From: a virus
Lineage: Duplodnaviria > Caudoviricetes
Virus record (IMG/VR): IMGVR_UViG_3300025141_013570
Location: 1-62,656 of that record
Reading direction: 5' to 3' (one strand)
DNA: 62,656 nucleotides
Shown: in pieces, positions 1-9,713 of the stretch
Position numbering within the stretch: position 1 is the first letter of the stretch
Layout of the letters: every line of letters begins with the position of its first letter
The notes under the pieces: generated by a model
Told to the model about the DNA's origin: nothing
Databases searched by the model: none
What the model saw: the letters and a program-made list of their open reading frames with translations, nothing else
Translations under genes and position numbers: made by a program

Positions 1-738
1 GAGTACGCCGTTTTGGTTCTTGTCCTGTAGGCGGACGACAAGTGTGCCCGTTACATAAAAGTCTAGTCGGACGGAGCCGGGCTTAATCTTAGAACCGTAA
101 AATATAGTCGGTACACAAACCAAGCCTACTTGAATATCTTCAAAGTTACGTCTTAATAACGACGAAGAATACGCATAATGCGGACTTAAATAAGTGTAAT
201 GATTTAAGGTATTCTTAAGCGCTCTCAAATGAGATACAGACCCAGAATACGCGACCTCGATACCGTTGCCCTCTGTTTCGCTTAAGATTGGGGTGGTATA
301 ACGAGCAGTGGTAGTGTTGTAGTATTCCTTTGTAATTCGAGATGTGTAGGGGAAACTTCCTGTAAACACCTCTCCGATCTCGCCTTTGTTAAACGCCGTC
401 GAGGTCACAGAGTTAAATGCGAGGCGAGTTGCGTCCTTCACCATAAACTGATATATAAGGCCCGTGTTTTTTACAGACTTAAGGGGCTCAATCTCGCCGG
501 TGGCATCATTTAAAAATTGAGTGATATATCCATTATCCCCAGATTTTCTATCAATATTTAATTCGAAGAGGCTGATACTTCCAGGATCAGTGCACCGGAT
601 GGAACCAGTTAAAGAGCCAGAAAGATTGGGGGTATCATTGTAGTATGCTTGACCATTTGTCATGAAGTATTTTACTTCAGGATAGGTCTTTAGAGTATTT
701 ATGTATACGTCTTTTTCACTAAACTTATAAAACGGCAT
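1..738 (-). CDS. Virion structural protein, baseplate-associated (3' end runs off the window)
   Basis: Not in the ORF track. Manual translation from ATG at 738 gives MPFYKFSEKDVYINTLKTYPEV...VPTIFYGSKIKPGSVRLDFYVTGTLVVRLQD, open to position 1. The IKPGS motif parallels EIKKGSF in the neighbouring 363-aa protein. Confidence 0.75.
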   Translation of the reverse strand, partial: MPFYKFSEKDVYINTLKTYPEVKYFMTNGQAYYNDTPNLSGSLTGSIRCTDPGSISLFELNIDRKSGDNGYITQFLNDATGEIEPLKSVKNTGLIYQFMVKDATRLAFNSVTSTAFNKGEIGEVFTGSFPYTSRITKEYYNTTTARYTTPILSETEGNGIEVAYSGSVSHLRALKNTLNHYTYLSPHYAYSSSLLRRNFEDIQVGLVCVPTIFYGSKIKPGSVRLDFYVTGTLVVRLQDKNQNGVL

Positions 739-754
739 CTCAATTTCCTACTGT

Positions 755-764
755 TATAAGTAGT
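755..764 (-). promoter_or_regulatory. Putative late promoter (ACTACTTATA)
   Basis: Instance of the recurring TAnTTA motif upstream of a structural-gene start. Confidence 0.55.
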
Positions 765-789
765 TTAATATTGCTTTTGAAAGCCGTGA

Positions 790-1881
790 TTAGTAGTCCA
801 GTCTAACTCGGAGTGTAAATTCTGTTGAAGGATCTTTACGTAAGGGCTCTGAAAGCTTTGCAACGGCAAGCAATTCATTGTCGGCAGAATATAGACCAAC
901 AGCTGTTGCATAACTTACCGGCGAATCAGTCGAGTTGTTCTTGACTACCATTTTGCTGGCGCTCAAATAAGTGGGGTTTGCAGAATAATTAAAATCATTG
1001 TGGTTAACCCGGGCAAAATAAATTGTTGAGTTGAGCTCCGTAGTGTTGTTAAACTGAAGATTATGAATACGATGCCTAAAACAATCACAGAAGGTATTAA
1101 TGGTCGAGCCGGTCATTACTGCGGCGACGCCCTCAGTCGTTGGGCTTGAGCCAGCGCCGCCTCGGAAGGGGGCTGCAGTGGTAAGAATTCCGCCGGCGCT
1201 AGATGCCGCAAAAACGGAAGACGAAATAACTGCAATTCCAGCCTGATAGTAGATAAGGCCGGCCTTAATACCGCCGCCTCCGGCTAGAGCCGCAAGAGGT
1301 GTCCCCTTGGTATCTTGAGCAAAAAGAATGCCGTACTCGCCGGCGGGAGAATTAACCTTAAAGCCATTCGAACCACTTGCGTCTGTTAATTTAATTCGAG
1401 TGTTAAATGGCGCCGTATAAGAGGTTCCAGTGCCAAGCTCTAGGGTAAAGCTTCCCTTCTTAATTTCATCCTTGGAAAGGAGACGCGCGAGATTGATGAA
1501 AACACAGTCGGTACTCTTGGTACCTCCGGTTAAATCTCCGTCCTGATCAAAGGTGCGAAGGGCGCCGTCCTGATCAAACCCAGCAAGAACCTGGGCCATT
1601 TCGTTATAGATATTAATCTTTTTGGCATTTTGCGTATTTGCAGAAGCAGAAATTCGAGAAGAGTTGGCATACCCCGTTGTTAAATCTAGAATATGGTTGG
1701 CCGACGAACTCAAATAGGGGTAATCGTAAACACTCTGAAACATTCCGTGGGAGTAGGTCTTAATATTACTCGTTCCGTATGTTCCGGAAACGATGGAAGC
1801 AGTGATTGGAATCGCTTCGTGTAACAGATTTCTAGTGGATACTATATCTTTTGGATCAATTATTTTAAATGAAGATGCCAT
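790..1881 (-). CDS. Virion structural protein (baseplate/tail-associated)
   Basis: 363 aa, S/T/G-rich. C-terminal AVGLYSADNELLAVAKLSEPLRK...RVRLDY resembles the attachment region of tail-fibre/baseplate proteins. Lies in the baseplate module. Confidence 0.65.
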   Translation of the reverse strand: MASSFKIIDPKDIVSTRNLLHEAIPITASIVSGTYGTSNIKTYSHGMFQSVYDYPYLSSSANHILDLTTGYANSSRISASANTQNAKKINIYNEMAQVLAGFDQDGALRTFDQDGDLTGGTKSTDCVFINLARLLSKDEIKKGSFTLELGTGTSYTAPFNTRIKLTDASGSNGFKVNSPAGEYGILFAQDTKGTPLAALAGGGGIKAGLIYYQAGIAVISSSVFAASSAGGILTTAAPFRGGAGSSPTTEGVAAVMTGSTINTFCDCFRHRIHNLQFNNTTELNSTIYFARVNHNDFNYSANPTYLSASKMVVKNNSTDSPVSYATAVGLYSADNELLAVAKLSEPLRKDPSTEFTLRVRLDY

Positions 1882-1892
1882 TATCTAATTCC

Positions 1893-2876
1893 TTAATTTA
1901 ATTTCACAAACCTAATCGGTATGTCTAGGCTATAACCTGTGTTAACGCCGGAAACCCGGATTGTAGAATCAATAAATTTATAAGCGTTATTAGCTGGATT
2001 TAAAGAGGAGCCCGCCGTTGCACTATTCGCAATGGTGGCTGTTCCAACAGAACCAAGCTGGGTAAACAAAAAGTCGCTGTTTCTCAATTCAAGACTGGCG
2101 CCGACTCTAAAAGAAAGACGCGTGCCGCGGGGGCCCGATATGCTAGAAGCCACGGTTGCGCCGAGATTATTAACATAGCCCCTACCTTGGCCTCCGCCCA
2201 CCAAATAATAATTAGCAACGCCATCATCATCTAAAAAGGCATACGTAGCCGGTGCTAGCTGAACGTTCGATGCAGCGTTTTTAGACTCTACTGACGATAC
2301 ATTATCTGCTGTGGGGAAAATCTGTGCCAATCGATTATCAACCTGTATGATGTACTGATTTTCAACAAGCTGATCGCTTAACGGATCTTCTTTTGCTAGC
2401 TCGTTGGTATTGAGGCCTTGGTCTAATCTAATATGAGAAGGATCATCCGATGGTCGGTATCCATTAAGAAGGCCAGCGCCGAGAGCGGCTCCAAATCCAG
2501 TTTCGACAGACTTCTTATCTACTGGTACAACAAAGGACCCATTAGCATTTTGCTCGGACCCAAGACCAGCCTGCGTGAAGAGTCTCATTACTGGAAGATA
2601 TAATAAATCATTATCATTGATCGTAAGAAGTCGAGACTTCATGCTCGACATATTGTTGGTAAACGCCTCTAATACAGGCGTCTGTAGAATACTCAAATCA
2701 TAATAGGCGGAGCCGCTGATATTATTCTTATCATACAGTCCATAATCAATTTCGTCGTCGCCCAAAGCAAATTTGTCGACTTTAAAACTGCCGTCTCCTC
2801 TCGCAAGGCGGAGACGCCCCGTGTCAGTTAGCACTGCATCAAGTATAATATCACCTGAATTATCTAGAAAACTCAT
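1893..2876 (-). CDS. Virion structural protein (baseplate/fibre-attachment-like N terminus)
   Basis: 327 aa. N-terminal LTDTGRLRLARG...FALGDDEIDY resembles fibre-collar N termini and is shared with 9714..10709. Confidence 0.65.
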   Translation of the reverse strand: MSFLDNSGDIILDAVLTDTGRLRLARGDGSFKVDKFALGDDEIDYGLYDKNNISGSAYYDLSILQTPVLEAFTNNMSSMKSRLLTINDNDLLYLPVMRLFTQAGLGSEQNANGSFVVPVDKKSVETGFGAALGAGLLNGYRPSDDPSHIRLDQGLNTNELAKEDPLSDQLVENQYIIQVDNRLAQIFPTADNVSSVESKNAASNVQLAPATYAFLDDDGVANYYLVGGGQGRGYVNNLGATVASSISGPRGTRLSFRVGASLELRNSDFLFTQLGSVGTATIANSATAGSSLNPANNAYKFIDSTIRVSGVNTGYSLDIPIRFVKLN

Positions 2877-2896
2877 ATCTTTCTAACCTCTCTCTC

Positions 2897-2906
2897 TATA
2901 AATAGT
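2897..2906 (-). promoter_or_regulatory. Putative late promoter (ACTATTTATA)
   Basis: Same motif, upstream of the RBS of 1893..2876. Confidence 0.55.
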
Positions 2907-2925
2907 GAATAAATAATTATTATTC

Positions 2926-4266
2926 CTATGGAATGACAACTCCTGTATTTTTAAATGTAACATTTAGATCAATCTTCCGGCCGGTTTTTTTACTAGTTAC
3001 TCGAATTTTAAACTTTTTATCCCAGACGGCGTCTGCCATGGCACCCAATAAATTGGGCGTCGGTTCCTCGTTGATGCCTATAACGGTAGGAACATTCAGA
3101 CCACTATCATAAATGGTTTGTTCTCCTATAGGCTCGATGGCGAGAAAGCGCTTGCCAATCTTTTTATAATTATATTTAGCGGCCTTAAGATTGATGGCCC
3201 TGCTCGTAAGATACATTTGGCCTCTGTTGTCTACAATCTCTACTTCGTAAATATAAGTGGGATTAGATAAATTCTCATGAATGTCAACGGCGCGCGCGCA
3301 ATAATAATATTTTTGATTTGGAGAAATTGTGTCCACGTATGCAGCGGCCGTAGAATATTTATCTGGGCCAACCCTAGCCTCGATAATACCGCCCACAGAC
3401 GAATTTTCAAAACTACCGTAACCAGTAGGAGGAAGGTCACCGCGAATTCTAAACAACTCGTATCGACGAACTGGGTCATCACTGCGATACTGAAGTTTCT
3501 TTAAGTCTGGGGATGCAAGGGCGGACGGATCAAGAGTAATACCGTGTTGGGCCATATACTCATCTAGAATAAAGGAAACATCATTTTGCTGCAAAACAAC
3601 CGGCTTGGCGGTCATCTCCCCGGCTGTAGAATTGAACAGTAAGAGTAGCCGGTTATTCACCCCCACATATGGTACAAAAACTAAATCCGGGGGCATCGGC
3701 GGTCTATCTTGTATAATAGTTGACACCTCTGCGTAGGGAGTAAGGAGGCCGACGACATTTCGATTGTTAATAACGGTTACTTCAGCCACCGGAGGCTCCC
3801 CCCCTCCAGGGAGAGTGCCTTGGTTGCCGGCGAACCCATGAACCCCGCTGCGGAACAGCAAACTAAAACTAATGTTCTCTTCATTATATATGCGGTACTG
3901 AACTGTCAACTCTCCGCCTAGGCGGGCATTTAGGATAGTTTCGTGACCGGCGGTTGGTGTGAAACTAATTTCTGTCCCGGGGCTACTCGAAGCTAGGTCC
4001 GACGCGACTATGGGGCGCAATCTAGCGTCTATATAATAGCGCGTAGGGGTGCGCCCACTTTCATAGGCATCGTCAAGAGCTTGTTGAATTCTTTCTACTA
4101 AACCATACACCGAAATAGTTTCATTTTCGGTAAAAGAAATAGGACCAACAGAAAACTCTCCCTGCACCATGGAAACATCATCATGTTCGTTAGGAACATG
4201 CTCTGGGTCTGGTTGCTCGGTGAGGTCTGCGGATTCGCTTATATCCAAGAACCAATAGAAACTCAT
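2926..4266 (-). CDS. Putative structural protein with FN3/Ig-like segment
   Basis: 446 aa. YVDTISPNQKYYYCARAVD...SNPT is an FN3-type pattern; structural context. Confidence 0.5.
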   Translation of the reverse strand: MSFYWFLDISESADLTEQPDPEHVPNEHDDVSMVQGEFSVGPISFTENETISVYGLVERIQQALDDAYESGRTPTRYYIDARLRPIVASDLASSSPGTEISFTPTAGHETILNARLGGELTVQYRIYNEENISFSLLFRSGVHGFAGNQGTLPGGGEPPVAEVTVINNRNVVGLLTPYAEVSTIIQDRPPMPPDLVFVPYVGVNNRLLLLFNSTAGEMTAKPVVLQQNDVSFILDEYMAQHGITLDPSALASPDLKKLQYRSDDPVRRYELFRIRGDLPPTGYGSFENSSVGGIIEARVGPDKYSTAAAYVDTISPNQKYYYCARAVDIHENLSNPTYIYEVEIVDNRGQMYLTSRAINLKAAKYNYKKIGKRFLAIEPIGEQTIYDSGLNVPTVIGINEEPTPNLLGAMADAVWDKKFKIRVTSKKTGRKIDLNVTFKNTGVVIP

Positions 4267-6707
4267 TAGTTGCCCCCAAACATCTGATTTAGTAGATTAG
4301 GGGCTATGGTCGTTGAGGTGGAAGAAGGGCCGGTAGCCTGGGCTGACGCGGGCGATTGCATCTGCCCCGCTGCCATCCCCGGGCCGCCGCCGGATGGAGC
4401 ATAGGAGCCCGCTGCAAGGCCCGGGCCGGCAGATGATTTGGTATCTATGGCAACTGCGTACTGCGGAACCGGGACTGTCGGTAAAATCAAGCCCTGTCCG
4501 ACGGCACCGCCGGATTCATTTCCAGTAAAACCAAACCCTTCTTTTATGGTAAGTTTTAAATTTTGTAGCTGGGTCGCGTCATCTGAGTCATCACCGGCGC
4601 GAACAAACCCTGTGCCGCCATTAAAAATACTAGCAAAAGCGCTTTCCGGCAATGCACCAAAAGTCGGAGGCATCTTAAAAATATAATAGCCGGTCTGTAT
4701 CGATGGATTGTCAGAAGGGCCCTCAATGCCCACAGAAGAATAAGAGAGATCTTCGTCATCGGGCGTATATTGTTTAATTTGTGCGTCGACGAGGTCATCT
4801 AAAATATACTCTGGTGATGGTTCCCTATAAAATCCTAGAGCATTTCCTACCGCTCTACCATTTCCGGCAACAATAGAATAATATAACTTGAGATCTTCGT
4901 ACGAATATTTGTTTCCAAATACTAGGCGAACCTGTTTAATAGAGTAATGATACCTAACTCCATACTTTACTTGAGAATCAATATAATGTATTTCCTTGTT
5001 AAGTGGAAAAGATTTAGAAATAAAGAAAGTCTGTATGGGCTCGCTTAAGGCGCCCGAGGACGCGTCGACTACCCTCTTCTCTATAACATATAATACCGGC
5101 TCGTTGTAACATCTTTTATTATCATAAATCATTGGAAATTTACGATCAGGGTACTGAACGTCGCCGGCATCGTGCATTTCCCGAAATGCGTTAACACCGC
5201 TATTATCTATTGCCAACGGAAATTGATTGTAGTTTCGTATAAGAATAAAATTATCATCATCCTTGGTGGCATTTTCCTCAATCCTATCCACCAAGGCCTC
5301 AATGCGACTACCGGTCTCAATATCAGCCAAAAACTCTTCAAGCCCAAAATATGAAGTTTGCACCTTCGTTTGAACGTCTAGATTATAGTCCTGTGGTGAA
5401 GTCGCGCTTAATCGAGTTACCGACCGAGCCTTAAAATTAAGCTGGGCGCCCGTCCCGTAATCCATTCCAAAATTTTGAACAATATATAGTTGTAAAATAT
5501 CTATAAATTTATCTCCGGTTCCGGCGCCGTAGTTGAGATCGAGATCTTCCATGACAGTTGAAAGGAATGAGCGGCGATTTAGGTAATCGCCATTCTGGTC
5601 GTCCACCGCATCATAATCAGTTCCAATAGTAATTTTATTATAAAAAGTTAAGTTTTTTAAGCCGGATGACTCGTCATCACGAACAGCTAAATCCTCCAGC
5701 ACATTAAGATCTGAATTTAGAATTACAATATTTTTATACTTGTCATCAAAGTCCGATTGGATACTCTGGAGGCTATTGTTCGAGTTGATCTGGCTTATCC
5801 CTTTACTATAAAGCGTATAAAATTGAGTTGTTTTTGATTCGGTAAAGCTGCCCTCCTGGCCCTCGACAGACTGGAACCAAGGATCTGGCTCTTCGTCATT
5901 ATCAATATTTATATTTTGAAGCGCGCCGGCGAGTGTAATTTGATCGAAGTAATCCTGTGAATTAACTGTTGATCCGGTGTTGCGAATTTCGGATTCTAAA
6001 CAATAGAAATTAGGGAGCATAGGCTCCGACGCAGCTAGAGAGGCAACCTCGTACGGTGGTGAAGTAGCAGCATAATAATTGTAAACTGATTCTACATTCA
6101 ATGTCATGCCACTCTTATTCTTGATCGCCTTGTTTGCAGATGGCTTCGTATAATAGAAGGTATGATCGAGATAGGACTCTCCTGTATTAAAAATAGGACT
6201 AATAGGTGTGGTCCAATAGGTCGCCCCAGTTTTAAGATAGTGCTTCCATTGAGGGTCGCCCTCGTAGATGCCGGCCTCTTCGACGACCTTGCGTAAGAAG
6301 TTTTTTGTTCGCTCCCCACCGTGCATCAACTGATTCCATTTAGCGTTGTCCAACTCAATAATATATTTGCAAGAAAGGGGACCCAGCTGCTCCATTAAGG
6401 CTTCAGCAGTGGTACCAGCGGGTTCTATAACCGTAGGTACAAGAGGAATCGTCCCTACTTGATCTCGCCACCACTGGCTGGGCAGATTGGTGGAGGCATA
6501 GTTTTTAAAATTTTTACCTCGGGTGCTGTCATATTCAGTCCAATACCTTCCCATAACTCCCCGGAACCTGTCCGACGTGCCCCATGAAGAGCGTAGCGCA
6601 TAATTGTACGTCGACCCTGCTTTGCGCCGGCGCCGGTGGAGGCCAAGCTGACTAGTATTAACCAGCAGTTGAGAGTCTTTGAATCCGGGGTTTTGCGCGC
6701 CAGACAT
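4266..6707 (-). CDS. Putative structural protein, acidic, with FN3-like segment and low-complexity C terminus
   Basis: ATG at 6707 overlaps the upstream TGA (TGATG), so it is preferred over the track's TTG at 6710. Contains YIDSQVKYGVRYHYSIK and a G/A/S/P/Q-rich tail. Confidence 0.55.
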   Translation of the reverse strand: MSGAQNPGFKDSQLLVNTSQLGLHRRRRKAGSTYNYALRSSWGTSDRFRGVMGRYWTEYDSTRGKNFKNYASTNLPSQWWRDQVGTIPLVPTVIEPAGTTAEALMEQLGPLSCKYIIELDNAKWNQLMHGGERTKNFLRKVVEEAGIYEGDPQWKHYLKTGATYWTTPISPIFNTGESYLDHTFYYTKPSANKAIKNKSGMTLNVESVYNYYAATSPPYEVASLAASEPMLPNFYCLESEIRNTGSTVNSQDYFDQITLAGALQNINIDNDEEPDPWFQSVEGQEGSFTESKTTQFYTLYSKGISQINSNNSLQSIQSDFDDKYKNIVILNSDLNVLEDLAVRDDESSGLKNLTFYNKITIGTDYDAVDDQNGDYLNRRSFLSTVMEDLDLNYGAGTGDKFIDILQLYIVQNFGMDYGTGAQLNFKARSVTRLSATSPQDYNLDVQTKVQTSYFGLEEFLADIETGSRIEALVDRIEENATKDDDNFILIRNYNQFPLAIDNSGVNAFREMHDAGDVQYPDRKFPMIYDNKRCYNEPVLYVIEKRVVDASSGALSEPIQTFFISKSFPLNKEIHYIDSQVKYGVRYHYSIKQVRLVFGNKYSYEDLKLYYSIVAGNGRAVGNALGFYREPSPEYILDDLVDAQIKQYTPDDEDLSYSSVGIEGPSDNPSIQTGYYIFKMPPTFGALPESAFASIFNGGTGFVRAGDDSDDATQLQNLKLTIKEGFGFTGNESGGAVGQGLILPTVPVPQYAVAIDTKSSAGPGLAAGSYAPSGGGPGMAAGQMQSPASAQATGPSSTSTTIAPNLLNQMFGGN

Positions 6708-9700
6708 CAATAGCTCCCCTTGCTTCTAGAGCGAGAAGTCTTCATACGGCGTTTGCCTCCGGGCTTTGAAGGACCGGCACTTTTTATCTTACGGCCTGCG
6801 GGGGGCGGCCCCTCAATGGAAGACCTAGTGTATGTGACGTCCACTGCGCCAACCGAGTCTTCAATATTTAGAGAAACTTGTTTCATATCTCGGGACATTT
6901 TTCTATAGAACGAATCCATTGTATCTTTATAGTTCTTTTCGGGGGCTACAGGCTTAAAACCATGTTTTGGGCTGTGTAACATAAAAAGGCTGTCATAATT
7001 ATCCACCTTATACTTATTTTCTATCTTAAGATTGTTAGTAAGGGGAACTATTCGACATAAGACTGAGCTCCCGCGTTCCTGGAATCTTTTAAATTTCTCT
7101 AGATTTAGGCGCCGCCAACGAGGCGCGCGCATATTCAAGATGTCTTGGCTTTTGACAAATCCATCGAAATATTGAACCTCCACCAAGGAGCCAAAATTTA
7201 TTGCATTTCCAAAATTACTATTAAATTCAAAATTGGCGGGAGTTGAAGCCATACACTCGGCCGCCAAGGAGCCTGCCGTTGGATCTCCCAAGGAAACAGA
7301 AGGAGGAATTTTTGCTTTCTTAACAAACCCAACAGAAGCGCCTTCTATAAGTGCAGCTGCCAAGCCAGTTGTATTAAAGGCCGAAATCTTATCTTCTTTG
7401 GCTTTCGCCCCAATTCCCGTCTCTAGTGAGCCGCTTACTCGGGCTTCGCCAATAAGATTCTCTTTAGTAAAAGAGTTCGACCCCGAAATATAGTCATCGG
7501 AGAACCTCGTGACTTCTTCGAGCGGGACTGCGCTCACTAGCAGTCTGCTTAAGGGGGTTGAGTTGGGGACCGCAGAAATCCCTGCGTATCCCATAATCTT
7601 TGTGACCTGTTCATTATAAACTTTTTTAGATTTATTAGAGGGGATATCGCTAGCGATACCTTTAAAACCGGGGTTTTGTGCGGCTTCTAATATGCCATTT
7701 CCATCCGATTGCGCAAGAGAAAGCTTTTCTGTTTCTACTGTACTTCCCTGTAATATTATTCTTCTTGGACTCATAAACCCAAACTTATTGACCCCAGGAT
7801 CGTTGGGGCGCGGGACCTTATATTTGTCCAACTCGCGATCTATGCGATACTTGTAATCATCATAAGTCATCAGGGTAATACTTCCCCCATCATTAATTTT
7901 TTGAACATCCAAATAATCAGTACCTTGTGTAAATTTTAGATTACCTTGTTCATAAACTTGTGTAAATTCATGATGGATCACATTTTTTCTGTTGGTCGAA
8001 CTCTGCGAGTTTAATTTGGAGCGAACACTGAACGACCCTGCGCTAGCAGCAGTAGTCGGAGGACTATAAGTTCGCTTAAGATTCGTGCTGAACTCTCGCA
8101 CCATCTTGGACAGGGCTCTCATCGCATTTATATCACCGTTCGCAGGATTAGCCTGCGCAATTAAATTTTTTCTCCACTCTAGAGAACTATACTCTCCAAA
8201 TGCGGAATCGCCAAATATAAATTCTACGGCAGCAACATAAGAATTAATAAGTCTTTTCCACTGCTTATATACTGCCTGTGTTCTGGTGCGGTCTCTCTTG
8301 ATGCGGGCCTTAATATTAAACCCCTTCTCCCCCATCGAATCTACTGCTGCAAGGAACTTATTATAGTCAGCTATGCGCCTATCTAGGGCCTTAACCAGCC
8401 GGGATGCGGCGGAGACGGTCTCGTCCACAACATCTATCTCGACTCTATATTGCCAAGTGCCCCCCTGTTCGTGCACAATTGATTCATCTAGGCCGGCGAA
8501 CGTTCTAATATTATCTTCAAGAGATTCAAAACTAATTGGCTTCAAATTGCCTCGCGTTGTCGATGCCACCAGTTTAGTAGACGCCTGTGGCAGTTTAGTG
8601 GATGAGCCGGCCACCGATATTTTCCCTCCCGTCAGCATCGTTGGTTTCCTATTACCCGGCATAAGTGCTTCGCGATATATACGAACATCTTCTATTCTGA
8701 AGCAACTCTGCAAGGATATGGGGTTCTGAATAAAGTGTCCAAGTTTTGTATTTTCCTGCACCAACCGAGCATAGTCCAGAGAAAAGAGAAGCTTTAGTCC
8801 CTTGGTTGATCGAGAATACGTACATTCTGAAATAGTGCTCGGGCGAGTGGTGATTTTAGCTATGGTTCTCATTTGCTTCTGAAGTCGCGGAGATGTTATA
8901 TCAGCAGATTTAGGGGAGGAACTAAATCGTAACTTCCTAACAGAATTAATAAATCTTAAATCTTGAATTTTTTGATTAGAAACGGGCTCTGTATTCAGCC
9001 GGACCCAATGGATGCCGCTCATTGCAATATGCCCTAGCTTTTTAGTATAGCGCATAGGGCCCGCATAGACATCACCGCGATCGCCAAACTGGGCCGAGTT
9101 GTCTGCCAACCTAAAAATCGTGGTTGTTAGGGGGCTCTTCCCTTTAGACAGAATGACTTCGATGCATGGGTCGCCTACCTTCATCGCTTTAAGTGATCGA
9201 CTCACTCCCGACTTTGAAACAGACTGTGGGTCCGTAGCGTATGCAGCAAAATAGGCCGATAAGTTGCCCCCATACTTGTGCAGATTCTTAAAGGAGCACC
9301 GGTGCGAGAAAACTAAAGGCTTTTTTAAGATGACGATGTCTTTCTCACTCTCTATGGGGGCATACTGGATATTATCTTTTCTCTTATCTGGCTTTAAATA
9401 TTTCTTTTTGACGGTGGGCCCAACCGGCTTGTGAGGAGTGCGGATACAAGCCTTTATACTGAGCATATTATTAAGCATCCATCTAGTTTTAACCTCCGAA
9501 TATGAAAATGCCCCAAAAATCATATAATTACCAGCGAGGAGCTTCTTGCGCGCAGTCTTTCGTGCACGAGGAGTGTTCGGACATTTTATCTGAAGAGACA
9601 AAGACACCTCTATCAATTGGTCTTCGCCTAGGCTGGGGAGGATCTTTATCTTTTCTACGAACACAGCTGGAAGACTGTTTTTTGTCATGAATGTTCCTGC

Positions 9701-9712
9701 AGCAGTTTTCAT
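6707..9712 (-). CDS. Large basic hypothetical protein in the structural module
   Basis: About 1000 aa. Likely start MKTAAG at 9712, just past the upstream stop at 9714. K/R-rich at both termini. Confidence 0.55.
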   Translation of the reverse strand: MKTAAGTFMTKNSLPAVFVEKIKILPSLGEDQLIEVSLSLQIKCPNTPRARKTARKKLLAGNYMIFGAFSYSEVKTRWMLNNMLSIKACIRTPHKPVGPTVKKKYLKPDKRKDNIQYAPIESEKDIVILKKPLVFSHRCSFKNLHKYGGNLSAYFAAYATDPQSVSKSGVSRSLKAMKVGDPCIEVILSKGKSPLTTTIFRLADNSAQFGDRGDVYAGPMRYTKKLGHIAMSGIHWVRLNTEPVSNQKIQDLRFINSVRKLRFSSSPKSADITSPRLQKQMRTIAKITTRPSTISECTYSRSTKGLKLLFSLDYARLVQENTKLGHFIQNPISLQSCFRIEDVRIYREALMPGNRKPTMLTGGKISVAGSSTKLPQASTKLVASTTRGNLKPISFESLEDNIRTFAGLDESIVHEQGGTWQYRVEIDVVDETVSAASRLVKALDRRIADYNKFLAAVDSMGEKGFNIKARIKRDRTRTQAVYKQWKRLINSYVAAVEFIFGDSAFGEYSSLEWRKNLIAQANPANGDINAMRALSKMVREFSTNLKRTYSPPTTAASAGSFSVRSKLNSQSSTNRKNVIHHEFTQVYEQGNLKFTQGTDYLDVQKINDGGSITLMTYDDYKYRIDRELDKYKVPRPNDPGVNKFGFMSPRRIILQGSTVETEKLSLAQSDGNGILEAAQNPGFKGIASDIPSNKSKKVYNEQVTKIMGYAGISAVPNSTPLSRLLVSAVPLEEVTRFSDDYISGSNSFTKENLIGEARVSGSLETGIGAKAKEDKISAFNTTGLAAALIEGASVGFVKKAKIPPSVSLGDPTAGSLAAECMASTPANFEFNSNFGNAINFGSLVEVQYFDGFVKSQDILNMRAPRWRRLNLEKFKRFQERGSSVLCRIVPLTNNLKIENKYKVDNYDSLFMLHSPKHGFKPVAPEKNYKDTMDSFYRKMSRDMKQVSLNIEDSVGAVDVTYTRSSIEGPPPAGRKIKSAGPSKPGGKRRMKTSRSRSKGSY

Positions 9713-9713
9713 T

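Noticed and set aside
2888-2897. (CT)n microsatellite as a phase-variation tract
   Set aside because: Only about five units, intergenic, and it forms the purine-rich RBS region (GAGAGAGAGG).
2897-2904. T4 late promoter TATAAATA on the plus strand
   Set aside because: It points away from all genes and is better read as the complement of the minus-strand CTATTTATA motif.
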